64,000 bases of DNA, taken from contig CALVTO010000001.1 of NCBI GenBank assembly GCA_944362705.1, forward strand, positions 359,366-423,365, given 5' to 3'. The stretch comes from an uncultured Clostridia bacterium (GTDB taxonomy: Bacteria > Bacillota > Clostridia > Christensenellales > UBA1242). Below are positions 38,290 to 48,298 of this stretch, piece by piece. The position numbers were made by a program, and so were the translations under genes. The notes below the pieces were generated by a model. That model saw nothing but the letters and a program-made list of their open reading frames with translations. It had not been told where the DNA came from and made no database searches. Position 1 is the first letter of the stretch; each line of letters opens with the position of its first letter.

Positions 38290-38366
38290 GGGCCTTTAGC
38301 TCAGTTGGTTAGAGCAACCGGCTCATAACCGGTCGGTCCGCGGTTCAAGTCCGTGAAGGCCCACCA
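38290..38366 (+). tRNA. tRNA with CAT anticodon (elongator Met or, more likely, lysidine-type Ile2)
   Basis: Anticodon loop CTCATAA. It lacks the initiator features (no GGG/CCC anticodon stem). It resembles E. coli ileX from memory. Confidence 0.8.
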
Positions 38367-38388
38367 ATAAAAAAAGATATTATATTTT

Positions 38389-38465
38389 GGCTCGGTAGCT
38401 CAGCTGGTTAGAGCGCTAGCCTGTCACGCTAGAGGTCGAGGGTTCGAGCCCCTTCCGAGTCGCCA
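38389..38465 (+). tRNA. tRNA-Asp (GTC)
   Basis: Anticodon loop CTGTCAC, T-loop TTCGAGC and an encoded CCA. Confidence 0.9.
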
Positions 38466-38489
38466 ATAATATCTTTTTTTATAACATTT

Positions 38490-38565
38490 GCCTTGGTAGC
38501 TCAGTCGGTAGAGCAAGGGACTGAAAATCCCTGTGTCGGTGGTTCGATTCCGCCCCAAGGCACCA
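38490..38565 (+). tRNA. tRNA-Phe (GAA)
   Basis: Anticodon loop CTGAAAA with an encoded CCA. Confidence 0.9.
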
Positions 38566-38574
38566 CCTAAATAT

Positions 38575-38649
38575 GCTGGTGTGGCTCAATGGCAGAGCAG
38601 CTGACTTGTAATCAGCAGGTTGTTGGTTCGACTCCGACCACCAGCTCCA
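38575..38649 (+). tRNA. tRNA-Thr (TGT)
   Basis: Anticodon loop CTTGTAA with an encoded CCA. Confidence 0.9.
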
Positions 38650-38657
38650 TATTTTAC

Positions 38658-38742
38658 GGAAGAGTTCCAGAGCGGTCAAATGGAACGGACTGTAAATCCG
38701 TCGTCTCCGACTTCGGTGGTTCGAATCCACCCTCTTCCACCA
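38658..38742 (+). tRNA. tRNA-Tyr (GTA)
   Basis: Anticodon loop CTGTAAA, a long variable arm and an encoded CCA. Confidence 0.9.
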
Positions 38743-38744
38743 CC

Positions 38745-38773
38745 AACCCAACGCAAGTTGGGTTTGTTTTTTT
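38745..38773 (+). terminator. Terminator of the tRNA cluster
   Basis: AACCCAAC / GTTGGGTT stem followed by a T-run. Confidence 0.8.
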
Positions 38774-38877
38774 ATAAAATTATGATAATTCTTTCATTTT
38801 ATATATAATTATAATTTAGCATGCTTATTGTATAACAACTACGCTACCTTTAGCTCACAATTGCAAGTTTTGAGCAG

Positions 38878-38905
38878 CAAAAAAAGACGCACAGCGTCTT
38901 TTTCT
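38878..38905. terminator. Bidirectional terminator (serves the thioesterase gene)
   Basis: A-run, AAGACGC / GCGTCTT stem, then T5. Confidence 0.7.
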
Positions 38906-38955
38906 TTTACATATAAAATCTTCCATAGTTAAAAGCACTTTTCTTTTAAATGTAT

Positions 38956-39495
38956 TTATCTTTCTTGAAAAAATGTTTCATTTTTCATCTCAACATATGC
39001 TGGCGTTTCCACTACATCATTTGGCCAAGGAACATAATCTAACGCATCGTCAGGGCTTTGCTTCATTATTTTATCCAAAGGTAATTTAACATACGTTGCT
39101 GTGGCTTCGGCCAATATGTCCCCTTGCTCATTTTCAATAAAACCTTTGCCTACAAAAATTCTAGATGTATCTTTTACAACCTTACAAAAAGTTTTAATCT
39201 CTTCGTCTAACGGAACAGGCTTTCTATATTTTATGGTCAATTCACCCGTCACCGCCCACAGATTAGGGTCTTTCATTTGCACAGCACGGCCAATAGCTTC
39301 GTCTAAAAGCGCCGTAATCATACCACCGTGCATACGCCCAGGGTAACTTTGGTGTTCATTTTTCCCCGTGCATATACCTACTAAAATCTCGCCTTCCGCT
39401 TCATAAAACCTACATGCTAAACTTAACGGGTTGTGGTATCCACATACAATACAATCTTTAGAATTGTTTTGTTTTTTTCGTACTTTTAATTGCAT
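38956..39495 (-). CDS. PaaI/hotdog-fold thioesterase with N-terminal zinc-ribbon-like CxxC
   Basis: CIVCG.. N-terminus, then HGGMITALLDEAIG, a typical PaaI-family motif. Confidence 0.7.
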   Translation of the reverse strand: MQLKVRKKQNNSKDCIVCGYHNPLSLACRFYEAEGEILVGICTGKNEHQSYPGRMHGGMITALLDEAIGRAVQMKDPNLWAVTGELTIKYRKPVPLDEEIKTFCKVVKDTSRIFVGKGFIENEQGDILAEATATYVKLPLDKIMKQSPDDALDYVPWPNDVVETPAYVEMKNETFFQER

Positions 39496-39502
39496 ATCTC
39501 AC

Positions 39503-41074
39503 CTACACAATACCTAAATATTCATCATAGGTAATTTCTTTATCGTAAACCTTTTTGCCATCTAACACAATAATGCGGTTTGCCACGGTTTGTAAAAGTT
39601 CGTGGTCGTGCGTAGTAAACAAAATTGGACCTTTAAATTTAATCATACCTTTGTTTAAGGCAGTTATCGATTCAAGGTCTAAGTGGTTGGTTGGTTCGTC
39701 CATAATTAGCACATTACCGCTAGTTAACATCATACGTGAAAGCATACAGCGCACACGCTCACCACCGCTAATAACCTTAGCTTTTTTCAAACCTTCTTCG
39801 CCTGTGAATAGCATTCTACCCAGCCAACTACGTACAAATGTTTCATCTTTTTCCTTAGAATACTGCGCAAGCCAATCTACCAAAGATAAATCACAATCTT
39901 TAAAATATGCCTCATTGTTTTCTGGTAAATAGCCAACGGTTACTGTAGTTCCCCATTTAAACATACCAGAATCAGGTTTCTCTTCACCGGTTAGAACTTT
40001 AAACAACATCGTAATATCTATACTTCTATCACATAAAAAAGCAATCTTATCTTCTCTACCAACCACAAACGATACATTTTCAAAATATCCTTTTTTTGTT
40101 AATTTATCAACAACTAAAACATCGTTACCAATTTCACGTTCTGGACGAAAATCAATATACGGATATTTTCTTGAAGAAGGCTTAATATCAACAAATGTAA
40201 GCTTTTCTAATTCTTTTTTTCTGCTGGTAGCTTGTTTTGATTTCGAAGCATTTGCCGAAAATCTTGCAATAAAGTCTTGCAACTCTTTTGCGCGGGCCTC
40301 TGCTTTTTTATTTTGCTCTTTTGCTTGTTTTAACAACAACTGACTACTTTCATACCAAAAATCGTAGTTTCCTACAAATACTTGAATTTGACCATAATCC
40401 ACATCACAAATATGCGTACAAACCTTATTCAAAAAATAACGGTTGTGCGAAACAACAATCACCGTGTTTTCAAAATCTAATAAAAAGTTTTCAAGCCAGT
40501 TTACGGTTTTTACATCTAGGTTGTTGGTCGGTTCGTCCAACACCAAAATATCTGGGTTTTTAAATAACGCTTTGGCTAATAATACCTTTACTTTTTGTTT
40601 TGCATCAATATCTTTCATGTAGCAGTAGTGTAAATCAGCAGGTATACCCAAATCTGTTAATAAGGTTTGCGCTTCACCCTCGGCTTCCCAACCACCTAAA
40701 TCCATGAATTCATTTTCTAATTCCGCAGCACGAAAGCCATCTTCATCAGAAAAATTTTCTTTTGCATAAATGGCATCTTTTTCTTTCATAATTTGAACCA
40801 GCCTTTCATGGCCAAGCATAACCGTATCAATAACCGTGTACGCATCGTAGGCGTTTTGGTTCTGCGATAAAACCGATAAACGCTTCCCCTTCTCAATAAT
40901 AACTTCACCAGAACTAGGCTCAATTTCACCGGTTAAAATTTTTAAAAAAGTAGATTTTCCTGCGCCATTTGCGCCAATAATGCCATAGCAGTTCCCTTTT
41001 GAAAATTTAATATTTACGTTATCAAATAAAACGCGTCCGCCAAACTGTAATCTAACATTGTTTACTTGTATCAT
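39503..41074 (-). CDS. ABC-F family ATPase (two ABC domains, no TMD)
   Basis: Two Walker A sites (GANGAGKST plus a degenerate second site), two signature motifs (LSGGE..) and a K/E-rich inter-domain linker. 523 aa. Confidence 0.88.
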   Translation of the reverse strand: MIQVNNVRLQFGGRVLFDNVNIKFSKGNCYGIIGANGAGKSTFLKILTGEIEPSSGEVIIEKGKRLSVLSQNQNAYDAYTVIDTVMLGHERLVQIMKEKDAIYAKENFSDEDGFRAAELENEFMDLGGWEAEGEAQTLLTDLGIPADLHYCYMKDIDAKQKVKVLLAKALFKNPDILVLDEPTNNLDVKTVNWLENFLLDFENTVIVVSHNRYFLNKVCTHICDVDYGQIQVFVGNYDFWYESSQLLLKQAKEQNKKAEARAKELQDFIARFSANASKSKQATSRKKELEKLTFVDIKPSSRKYPYIDFRPEREIGNDVLVVDKLTKKGYFENVSFVVGREDKIAFLCDRSIDITMLFKVLTGEEKPDSGMFKWGTTVTVGYLPENNEAYFKDCDLSLVDWLAQYSKEKDETFVRSWLGRMLFTGEEGLKKAKVISGGERVRCMLSRMMLTSGNVLIMDEPTNHLDLESITALNKGMIKFKGPILFTTHDHELLQTVANRIIVLDGKKVYDKEITYDEYLGIV

Positions 41075-41198
41075 ATCCGTACATCCTTTTTTTAATCTAT
41101 TTAAGCATAACGGAAAACATAAAAAAAGTCAATCACAACCCTTGCACCTTTGTATAAACTTTTGTAAAAATGTACATACTTGCCATAAGGAGATATGT

Positions 41199-41693
41199 AT
41201 GCGTACACAACAAGCAACAGATAAGAAAAAAATAATAACAAAAGGCGTTATTTTATGTATTTTAGGCACTTTACTTGTAGGGTTTTTACCAAGAATTTTC
41301 TTACAAAATATGGATTTATATCTAACCAACACCCCACCATTATATCCACCAAGTATTGTGTTTCCTATTGCTTGGAGCATATTATACTTATGCATAGGAA
41401 TAGCTGTATTTTTAGTTTATTTAAACCATCACGACATTCAACATCACAAAAACTTGTGTTATATTTTTTATGCTACGCAACTCTTTTTAGCTATGTTGTG
41501 GCCCATTTTGTTTTACGGTTTACAATCACCTATCAGCGCTTGCGTTTGTTTGTTTTTGTTACTTGTTTTTTCTATTTTAACTATGTACTATTTTTATGGA
41601 AACAATATAGCATCCGGCATTTTGTTTACCATTTACAACGTTTGGCTACTTTATGCGCTATATTTAAATTTATCCTTACTTTTTATCAATTAA
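41199..41693 (+). CDS. tspO: TspO/MBR family tryptophan-rich sensory protein
   Basis: PPLYPPSIVFPIAWSILYLCIGIA and LWPILFYG motifs with 5 TM helices. ATG at 41199 follows AAGGAG. Confidence 0.8.
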   Translation: MRTQQATDKKKIITKGVILCILGTLLVGFLPRIFLQNMDLYLTNTPPLYPPSIVFPIAWSILYLCIGIAVFLVYLNHHDIQHHKNLCYIFYATQLFLAMLWPILFYGLQSPISACVCLFLLLVFSILTMYYFYGNNIASGILFTIYNVWLLYALYLNLSLLFIN

Positions 41694-41719
41694 AAAAAGA
41701 GGCTATGGCCTCTTTTTTT
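41692..41719. terminator. Bidirectional terminator shared by tspO and the lipoprotein gene
   Basis: A7, AGAGGC / GCCTCT stem, then T7. Confidence 0.75.
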
Positions 41720-44162
41720 AAATGCTCATCTTTGGCATTAATGAAATATTTACAGTTGCAGTATCTGCATTTTCACCTAGTTTCGTCACCATAAACATAT
41801 TTTCCCACGCAGCAATTTTTTTATTATAAAAATCTTGGTTAAGATTTATAACCGTAACAGAATTTGCAATTTCAACATTTTCAAAATCTACTGTAATATT
41901 TGAACAAGTAGCATTTAAAGTAATTGTACATTGTTGCAATGTTAAATTTTTAAACATAATATTTGTGTTATCGGTGTTACAAGTAATGGAACCGTTTATG
42001 TAAGCATCTTCACTACCACCTATCAACGTAACGTTGTTTGTTGTTTCAAACGAATCCATAGGTAAAGAAAAAGAAATGCCTGTCATAATATAAATTTCAG
42101 TAACACCCTTACCCATAAACTTTTGAACATCCATTTCGTTGTATGCTAATGAAAACGAAAGATATATTGTATTCGAACTGCAAATAACAGTGCCTTCTAC
42201 ATTTTTCACTAAAATTTGCACGCTTACCGAGCCACCGTTTTTACATGGTTCAGTATTAAACTTACCCCAGTCTTGGTCTTTATTAACATTTATAAAATCT
42301 GTAATATCTCCATCGTATACAACCTCAAAAGTTACGCCTACATTCTGCACTTCATCTGGCAAATTGTACGCAATTCCATTTAACGTTAAAGTACCCGTTA
42401 TGTACGGACCATCTCCAGTGTAGTTTGGAGAAAGTAAATACGGGTCACCTTCCATACCCGATCCGCCTAAAATTTCTGCGTCCTCACGCAAATCCAGCAC
42501 AATTTCATTCGTGTTTTTTACGGTAAACGTAGCAATCGTTTGCGGTTCTTGACCACTAACAACATACTGCATGGTAAATGTAGTATCATTCACTACATCA
42601 TCACCAATCATAAGTTCGTTGTTAGCAAACTGTATATTACCATCACTCTCATTTACAAGTTGCAAAGTAATGTTGTTACATAATTCCGTAGGAACAACCT
42701 TACCGCCCGCATAGCAAACAAAACTTACGCGGTAGGTACCTGCATAAATCTCACGCTCTCCCTCAACTTCACCAATACCATTATCAAGTTGTAACTTAAC
42801 CATTTCCTCTAATTTAGTAACATTAAAGTTTAGTGTTTTACTTTCAAAAGAACCAACTTTAAATTTAAGGGAAATTGCTTGCGTGTCTTGTAAAGAACTA
42901 AACGGACGAATACCAAAACGCATTGTATTAACATCTGTAAAGAAATAAGTTTCATCAACTCCGCTAGCATTGGCAATTAGAATTTGTAAGGTATTTGTAT
43001 TAATATCTGTTGTAACATCTGCACCTTCTATTTCACCAACCAACGCAATATATTCTTGTAAATTGTAAATGTTAGATGTAGAAATAGGAATGTTTTCGTC
43101 TTTATATTCTTCTTTAATATCCACACGCACTAGTTCGTTGCTTCGAATGGTAAAAGGAACAGCTTGTGTTTGAATCCTTTCGCCTTCATAACCCACAACT
43201 TTAGCAATAATGTAACAAGACTTGCTAATCGTTGCCTGCGATGCATAATGCGCTATCGTAAGCGAAGACCCATCTATCACGAAAACTTCATCTAAATTTC
43301 CATTAGTTTCACTGAAAGATGAAATAATAAATTCTACGGATAAAGCAGAAGAAGTATCTTCATTTCCTGGATAAAAATCTACCAAATCCATTAAAGAAAT
43401 TGTTGTTCCGTGGTATACATCAAATGCATTTTCTTTCCAAGAAATGGTAGGTTTTTGTTCTTCAACGGTTACCATTAAATAAGCATGTATATCGTTTATA
43501 GAAACGTGAATCGTAAACGAGTACCCTTTTGTTGCTGTGCTTAAAATTCTAACGCCCACATCTATAGAGCCTTGTGCGTTTATCTCTTCAAACTGACTGT
43601 GCGTATCACCGCTTGCAATAATATCCACCTGTAAATCTGCCACAGTATAGTTCTTTTCTACACCATCTTCCACGTAAGAAGCATATTCCGGTAAAATTTG
43701 CACAACATCTTTTAAGTAAATTTCTTCCCCTGGAAGCTTTGTTGTTACATACTCGTTTGCACCAACCCCCTCAATATCGTCAGCGTTAAAAGAAATTTTA
43801 TCTACATCTTTATGAACAACCACAAATTCTAGGGTATTACTATTTTGTTTATTGTAAAAAGCTTGTACACGAATAACAGCACCAATTTCCGCATTTTCTG
43901 CAATGGTTAAAACATTATCTTGTATGCTTGCAGAAACCGCTTCGCCTTGCGCATTAGAATCGTACACAATACGAATATCTGGATCTTCTAATACGGAATT
44001 ACCATACGTGGTTTGTAAATAAATTCTCTCACCTCTTGCTATTTCTTTTCCAGAAGATTGCACCTGCGATAATACAAGTTGTTTATCATTACAAGCAGCA
44101 AATACTGGAATAATAAGCAAAAGACAAAGCACTACAGCCATGGTTTTAAAAACTTTTTTCAT
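41718..44162 (-). CDS. Large (about 814 aa) putative surface lipoprotein, unknown function
   Basis: MKKVFKTMAVVLCLLLIIPVFAAC has a signal peptide and lipobox-like cysteine. Beta-rich repetitive body. The track's 31-aa N-terminal extension is a translated tRNA. Confidence 0.65.
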   Translation of the reverse strand: MKKVFKTMAVVLCLLLIIPVFAACNDKQLVLSQVQSSGKEIARGERIYLQTTYGNSVLEDPDIRIVYDSNAQGEAVSASIQDNVLTIAENAEIGAVIRVQAFYNKQNSNTLEFVVVHKDVDKISFNADDIEGVGANEYVTTKLPGEEIYLKDVVQILPEYASYVEDGVEKNYTVADLQVDIIASGDTHSQFEEINAQGSIDVGVRILSTATKGYSFTIHVSINDIHAYLMVTVEEQKPTISWKENAFDVYHGTTISLMDLVDFYPGNEDTSSALSVEFIISSFSETNGNLDEVFVIDGSSLTIAHYASQATISKSCYIIAKVVGYEGERIQTQAVPFTIRSNELVRVDIKEEYKDENIPISTSNIYNLQEYIALVGEIEGADVTTDINTNTLQILIANASGVDETYFFTDVNTMRFGIRPFSSLQDTQAISLKFKVGSFESKTLNFNVTKLEEMVKLQLDNGIGEVEGEREIYAGTYRVSFVCYAGGKVVPTELCNNITLQLVNESDGNIQFANNELMIGDDVVNDTTFTMQYVVSGQEPQTIATFTVKNTNEIVLDLREDAEILGGSGMEGDPYLLSPNYTGDGPYITGTLTLNGIAYNLPDEVQNVGVTFEVVYDGDITDFINVNKDQDWGKFNTEPCKNGGSVSVQILVKNVEGTVICSSNTIYLSFSLAYNEMDVQKFMGKGVTEIYIMTGISFSLPMDSFETTNNVTLIGGSEDAYINGSITCNTDNTNIMFKNLTLQQCTITLNATCSNITVDFENVEIANSVTVINLNQDFYNKKIAAWENMFMVTKLGENADTATVNISLMPKMSI

Positions 44163-44185
44163 AACGCCCCCAATAAAAAAAATAA

Positions 44186-44261
44186 TGGAGCTAATGGGGG
44201 GACTCGAACCCCCGACCTGTTGATTACGAATCAACTGCTCTACCGACTGAGCCACATTAGC
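44186..44261 (-). tRNA. tRNA-Thr (CGT)
   Basis: Minus strand reads GCTAATGTGGCTCAGTCGGTAGAGC.. with anticodon loop TTCGTAA, T-loop TTCGAGT and an encoded CCA. Confidence 0.88.
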
Positions 44262-44284
44262 ACAACATATTTTCCTACCTATAA

Positions 44285-44313
44285 AGTATAGAAAATATGC
44301 AAAGGGTTGTCAA
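44285..44313 (-). promoter_or_regulatory. Promoter for tRNA-Thr(CGT), and possibly the downstream lipoprotein gene
   Basis: On the minus strand: TTGACA, 17 nt, then TATACT, about 24 nt upstream of the tRNA 5' end. Confidence 0.6.
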
Positions 44314-44502
44314 TAAAAAAACAAGTTATGTTTTTGAATTATTGCGCAACAAATCATTTGTTAATTACATAAACAAACTATTTGTGCTTCTAACGTTATT
44401 TTGTGCATAAAACCATAAAATTATAAAATGTTGTTTACGTAAACACACGAAAAAACCTGGAAAAATAAAAAGTGCATGTAGCAAAAACGCAAGTTAACAT
44501 AT

Positions 44503-45126
44503 TTACATATTTCTTTTATTTACATGCAACCCATTGTTTTGTTTAAGCGCATTTAATGCTTCTGTTAATTTTATTGTTGCCGCATGAATTTCCTCTTTGG
44601 TTGGTCTTCCTTCTATAGCTGGCTTAAAATATAACGCCTGACCAACAAACAGTTTGTTGCGTCTAAACATTTTTGCCGGCTTTTCAAAAGCCATAGGCAC
44701 AATAGGCGCACCTGTTTTTAAAGCAAACATTACCGCGCCATCTTTCACACCGTCAATTTCTTCCGTTCCGTCTGCCCCTTTTGCTCTCGTACCTTCTGGG
44801 AAAATCCCTAAAATACGCTTTTTTTGTAATGTATCTAAACAAAACTTCATAGCTTTTCTATCGGCCTTGCCTCTATCTACAGGAAAAGCGCCTAAGCCTT
44901 TTAAAATCCATCGGCTTAAAAAACAAGCAAATAATTCTTTTTTTGCTAAAAACCGAATTCGTTTGTTTAAAAAAATCGCCAACAAAATAGGGTCTTTTAA
45001 CGTGTAATGGTTACACGTGTAAATTACCGGTTTTGTTTTAGGCACATTTTTTTTACCCACAACTTTTATAGGGTAAAATAAACGAAACGGCAACCATAAC
45101 AGCACATATACAAACCAATAAAACAT
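44503..45126 (-). CDS. plsC: 1-acyl-sn-glycerol-3-phosphate acyltransferase
   Basis: NHYTLKD (HX4D) and FPEGTRA motifs. ATG at 45126 follows AAGGTGG. Confidence 0.85.
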   Translation of the reverse strand: MFYWFVYVLLWLPFRLFYPIKVVGKKNVPKTKPVIYTCNHYTLKDPILLAIFLNKRIRFLAKKELFACFLSRWILKGLGAFPVDRGKADRKAMKFCLDTLQKKRILGIFPEGTRAKGADGTEEIDGVKDGAVMFALKTGAPIVPMAFEKPAKMFRRNKLFVGQALYFKPAIEGRPTKEEIHAATIKLTEALNALKQNNGLHVNKRNM

Positions 45127-45212
45127 ATTTACCACCTTATAAAATATTGTAAAGCGTTGTTGCACATCTCAATACATACACTTGTTTTAACATATGCAAC
45201 CACACCAAAATA

Positions 45213-46433
45213 TTATCTAATTGAATTTGCGCAGACAATAGCTGTGGAAAAAGCAATTTGCAAATTAAACCCACCTGTTAAAGCATCTATATCAAGAACT
45301 TCACCAATAAAGTATAAATTTTTAATTTTTTTACATTCCATAGTTTGTGGGTTAATTTCTTTTACACTCACACCACCGCTTGTAATAATCGCTCTATCTA
45401 TAGGCGCCAAGCATTTTATTGTTAAAGGAAAATGCTTTAATACGTGTACAAAACGTATTCTTTGCTGCTTACTCAACTGAGCTACCTTATCTTGCGCACT
45501 CCATTGTAACACACTTAATACAAAAGGTACAATGTTTTTCGGCAAATAAAGTTCTAATAACGCCTTGCATTGCTTTGCTTTTAAATTTGCAATATCTTTA
45601 TCTAATCTTATTTTTAATTGCTCTTCTAAAAGCGCGGGCTTAAAATCTATTTCCGCTTGTAAAGGAAAATTTTCACGGTTTACATAACTAGAAGCCGTTA
45701 AAACAATGGGACCAGAAACACCTTTGTCTGTAAAAATCATTTCCCCTATTTCCGACGCAAATAGCGTTTTCTTTTCATTTTTTATTGAAAAAACAACGTT
45801 TTTTAAAGTTAAACCCTCAATTTTTGCAAAATTTTCCACAGTCTCCATCGCATTCAACCCGGCAACAAGTGGTGTTGTTTCCAATCCCAATTCTTTCGCC
45901 CAAGCAAACCCATCACCTGTGCTACCCGTAGAAGAATAACTCATTCCGCCCGTTGCAACCACAACTTTGTCCGCGGTTATTTTCTCTCCACTATCTAACA
46001 AAACGCCTTCAACAGAATTTCCTGTACAAAGTATTTTCTTCACCTTCGTACGCAATCGCATATGTACGTTTTGTTTTACACACATGGCCACTAAAGCTTT
46101 TATTACATCGCTCGATTTATCCGAAACTGGGAAAACCCTTCCGCCTCGTTCCACTTTAACATCTAAGCCATATTCTTTTAACAATAAACACATTTGCTTA
46201 CTAGAAAACTTATCTAAGCTCGATATCATAAATTTGGCATTACGAACAATATTACGCATAAAAGTTTCTTTGTCTGCGGTATTGGTAATATTGCATCTAC
46301 CCTTTCCTGTTAAAAAAAGTTTTTTACCAAACTTCTCATTTTTTTCCAACAAAAAAACTTCCGCACCATTTTTTGCAAACTGATACGAAGCCAACAAACC
46401 GCTCGCGCCACCGCCAACTACTACAACGCGCAT
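45213..46433 (-). CDS. FAD-dependent flavoprotein, BaiN/HI0933 (YhiN) family
   Basis: VVVVGGGASGLLAS dinucleotide-binding motif. Family-typical length, with a GGFNLQ C-terminal motif. Confidence 0.75.
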   Translation of the reverse strand: MRVVVVGGGASGLLASYQFAKNGAEVFLLEKNEKFGKKLFLTGKGRCNITNTADKETFMRNIVRNAKFMISSLDKFSSKQMCLLLKEYGLDVKVERGGRVFPVSDKSSDVIKALVAMCVKQNVHMRLRTKVKKILCTGNSVEGVLLDSGEKITADKVVVATGGMSYSSTGSTGDGFAWAKELGLETTPLVAGLNAMETVENFAKIEGLTLKNVVFSIKNEKKTLFASEIGEMIFTDKGVSGPIVLTASSYVNRENFPLQAEIDFKPALLEEQLKIRLDKDIANLKAKQCKALLELYLPKNIVPFVLSVLQWSAQDKVAQLSKQQRIRFVHVLKHFPLTIKCLAPIDRAIITSGGVSVKEINPQTMECKKIKNLYFIGEVLDIDALTGGFNLQIAFSTAIVCANSIR

Positions 46434-47143
46434 TTTTTTATCCTCTCAATAAACATCATCTCTTGCGCATTTAGTTCTTTCACACTTCCTCTAGGCATAC
46501 CACCCAAAGCAATATCCCCTATGCGTACGCGTTTTAAAAAAGCAACAGGTTTTCCAATAGCATCCATCATATGCCTTACTTCCCTGTTTTTACCTTCTTT
46601 TATTTGCACTTCTAAACGACTTTTTCCATTTTCATAAGATAGTAATTTTACTTTTGCCTGACTTGCACGCACACCATTTACAACAACGCCTTTTCGCAAT
46701 ACGGCTAGCTCGCTTTCAACAACTTCACCCTCTACAACTACAATATACACCTTTTCAATTTCACTACTAGGGTGCGTGATTGTATAGGTAACATCTCCAT
46801 CATTTGTGAGTAATAGCAGTCCTTCTGTATCATAATCAAGCCTACCAACAGGAACGACTACCGAACGATATTTCTCAGGCAATAAATCCATAACGGTTTT
46901 TCTTCCCTTTTCATCGCTTCTTGTCGTTACATATCCTTTAGGTTTATACATTTTTAAATAAACAAAAGAACCAAAAGCTTTTATTTGTTTACCTTTGTAA
47001 CAAACTTTATCTTTTTCTTGAATAACAGAAGCAAGGTCTGTTACAACCTTGCCGTTTACAGTTATTTCCCCATTTTTTATAAACATTTCACACTTTCTTC
47101 GCGAACCTAAGCCGCAGGAAGCTAAATATTTGTTAATACGCAT
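46421..47143 (-). CDS. rluB: Pseudouridine synthase, RsuA/RluB family
   Basis: S4 domain (MRINKYLASCGLGSRR) and catalytic GRLDYDTEGLLLLTNDG. Confidence 0.88.
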   Translation of the reverse strand: MRINKYLASCGLGSRRKCEMFIKNGEITVNGKVVTDLASVIQEKDKVCYKGKQIKAFGSFVYLKMYKPKGYVTTRSDEKGRKTVMDLLPEKYRSVVVPVGRLDYDTEGLLLLTNDGDVTYTITHPSSEIEKVYIVVVEGEVVESELAVLRKGVVVNGVRASQAKVKLLSYENGKSRLEVQIKEGKNREVRHMMDAIGKPVAFLKRVRIGDIALGGMPRGSVKELNAQEMMFIERIKKCAL

Positions 47144-47152
47144 GTTACGCTC

Positions 47153-48298
47153 CTAAAAATTCTGCAACACCTTTTGCAACGTAGCAAAATAAGAATTGCT
47201 TTCTACACGTTCCATAGTATATATTTTCGAAGAAAAAATCAAGTTATTTCCTAAATAAATTTCGACTTTCCCCACAACCTGATTTTTTTCAATAGGAGCT
47301 TTTAAATTTCTGTCCAATGTAATTTTTACAATCAATAAATTTTTTTCTACCAAAGATAGTGGGTACATAAATGGCTTTTTAGAAACTATATGAACATAGT
47401 CCTTTTCCCCATGCACAATAGGCATGCTACCAAAATGGTAATACGGAGGCAAAACTTCCGTCATTGCATACGTTTTGAAAATAGAATCAAACACACAAGA
47501 ACACACATCAAACATATTATCCACGTTTAAAAAAGCGCCAACTAAGTGCATGCCGTTACGCGTTGCGCTCCCCACAAAACACTTACCAGCTTGTTGCGTG
47601 TATCCTATTTTAACGCCATCTGCACCTTCATAGGTTTGTAAAAATTTATTTTTATTTTTTAAAACTTTTTCTTTCGTTGCTTGCCTTTGCCCAGCCATTG
47701 TATACATTTCTGTTTTTACAATTTCAGCAAACACATCATTTTTTAAAGCAATACAACTAAGCTTAGCCAAATCTCTTGCTGTAGTATAATGCTCTGCGTC
47801 GTCTAACCCATTCGGTGTAACATAATGCGTGTTCAATAGCTGATGTTCCGCACAAAACGAATTACACATATCTATAAAACTTTCAACGCTACCAGCAATT
47901 AAAATACTTAAAGCTACCGCTGCATCATTTCCACTTCGAAACATCAATCCGTACAATAAATCTCTGTACGTTAATCTGTCCCCTTTTCGTAAATATATGC
48001 TAGAACCCTCAATGCCTACCGCTGCATCAGGAACAGTCACCCAAGCATCTAAATTATCACATTGTTCAACCACTAATAAACATGTTAAAATTTTGGTTGT
48101 ACTTGCCATTGGCATTTTCTCATCTGCATTTTGCTCAAACAACACTCTGCCTGTTTGTAGTTCCATAACACACGCACCATTTGCCCCAATGCTGGTCTCC
48201 TTTGCAAAAGTAAAAAAATTTGGTGCGCTTACAAAAAAAACGCAAAATAAACAGACAAAAAGTAAAAAAACAGTAAAAAACTTTAAATATTTATTCAT
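47153..48298 (-). CDS. dacB: D-alanyl-D-alanine carboxypeptidase (sporulation DacB-like position)
   Basis: SxxK (ASTTK) and SxN (SGND) motifs with a signal/TM N-terminus. The ATG overlaps the ytfJ stop (ATGAATAA). Confidence 0.8.
   Translation of the reverse strand: MNKYLKFFTVFLLFVCLFCVFFVSAPNFFTFAKETSIGANGACVMELQTGRVLFEQNADEKMPMASTTKILTCLLVVEQCDNLDAWVTVPDAAVGIEGSSIYLRKGDRLTYRDLLYGLMFRSGNDAAVALSILIAGSVESFIDMCNSFCAEHQLLNTHYVTPNGLDDAEHYTTARDLAKLSCIALKNDVFAEIVKTEMYTMAGQRQATKEKVLKNKNKFLQTYEGADGVKIGYTQQAGKCFVGSATRNGMHLVGAFLNVDNMFDVCSCVFDSIFKTYAMTEVLPPYYHFGSMPIVHGEKDYVHIVSKKPFMYPLSLVEKNLLIVKITLDRNLKAPIEKNQVVGKVEIYLGNNLIFSSKIYTMERVESNSYFATLQKVLQNF

Noticed and set aside
38062-38808. Four ORFs of 62-90 aa overlapping the tRNA cluster (38062..38283, 38479..38751, 38589..38777, 38620..38808).
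   Set aside because: They are translations of tRNA genes (GGSxPP / SNHR-type peptides), with no RBS and no coding signal.
38806-38905. A possible small RNA between the tRNA cluster and the thioesterase gene (TATAAT-like box, GCTCA..TGAGC hairpin, terminator).
   Set aside because: There is no convincing -35. The terminator is fully explained as the bidirectional terminator of the convergent thioesterase gene.
44163-44255. 31-aa N-terminal extension of the track ORF 41718..44255 (MAQSVEQLIRNQQVGGSSPP..).
   Set aside because: This is the translation of tRNA-Thr(CGT) on the same strand. The real start is MKKVFK.. at 44162, with an RBS and a signal peptide.
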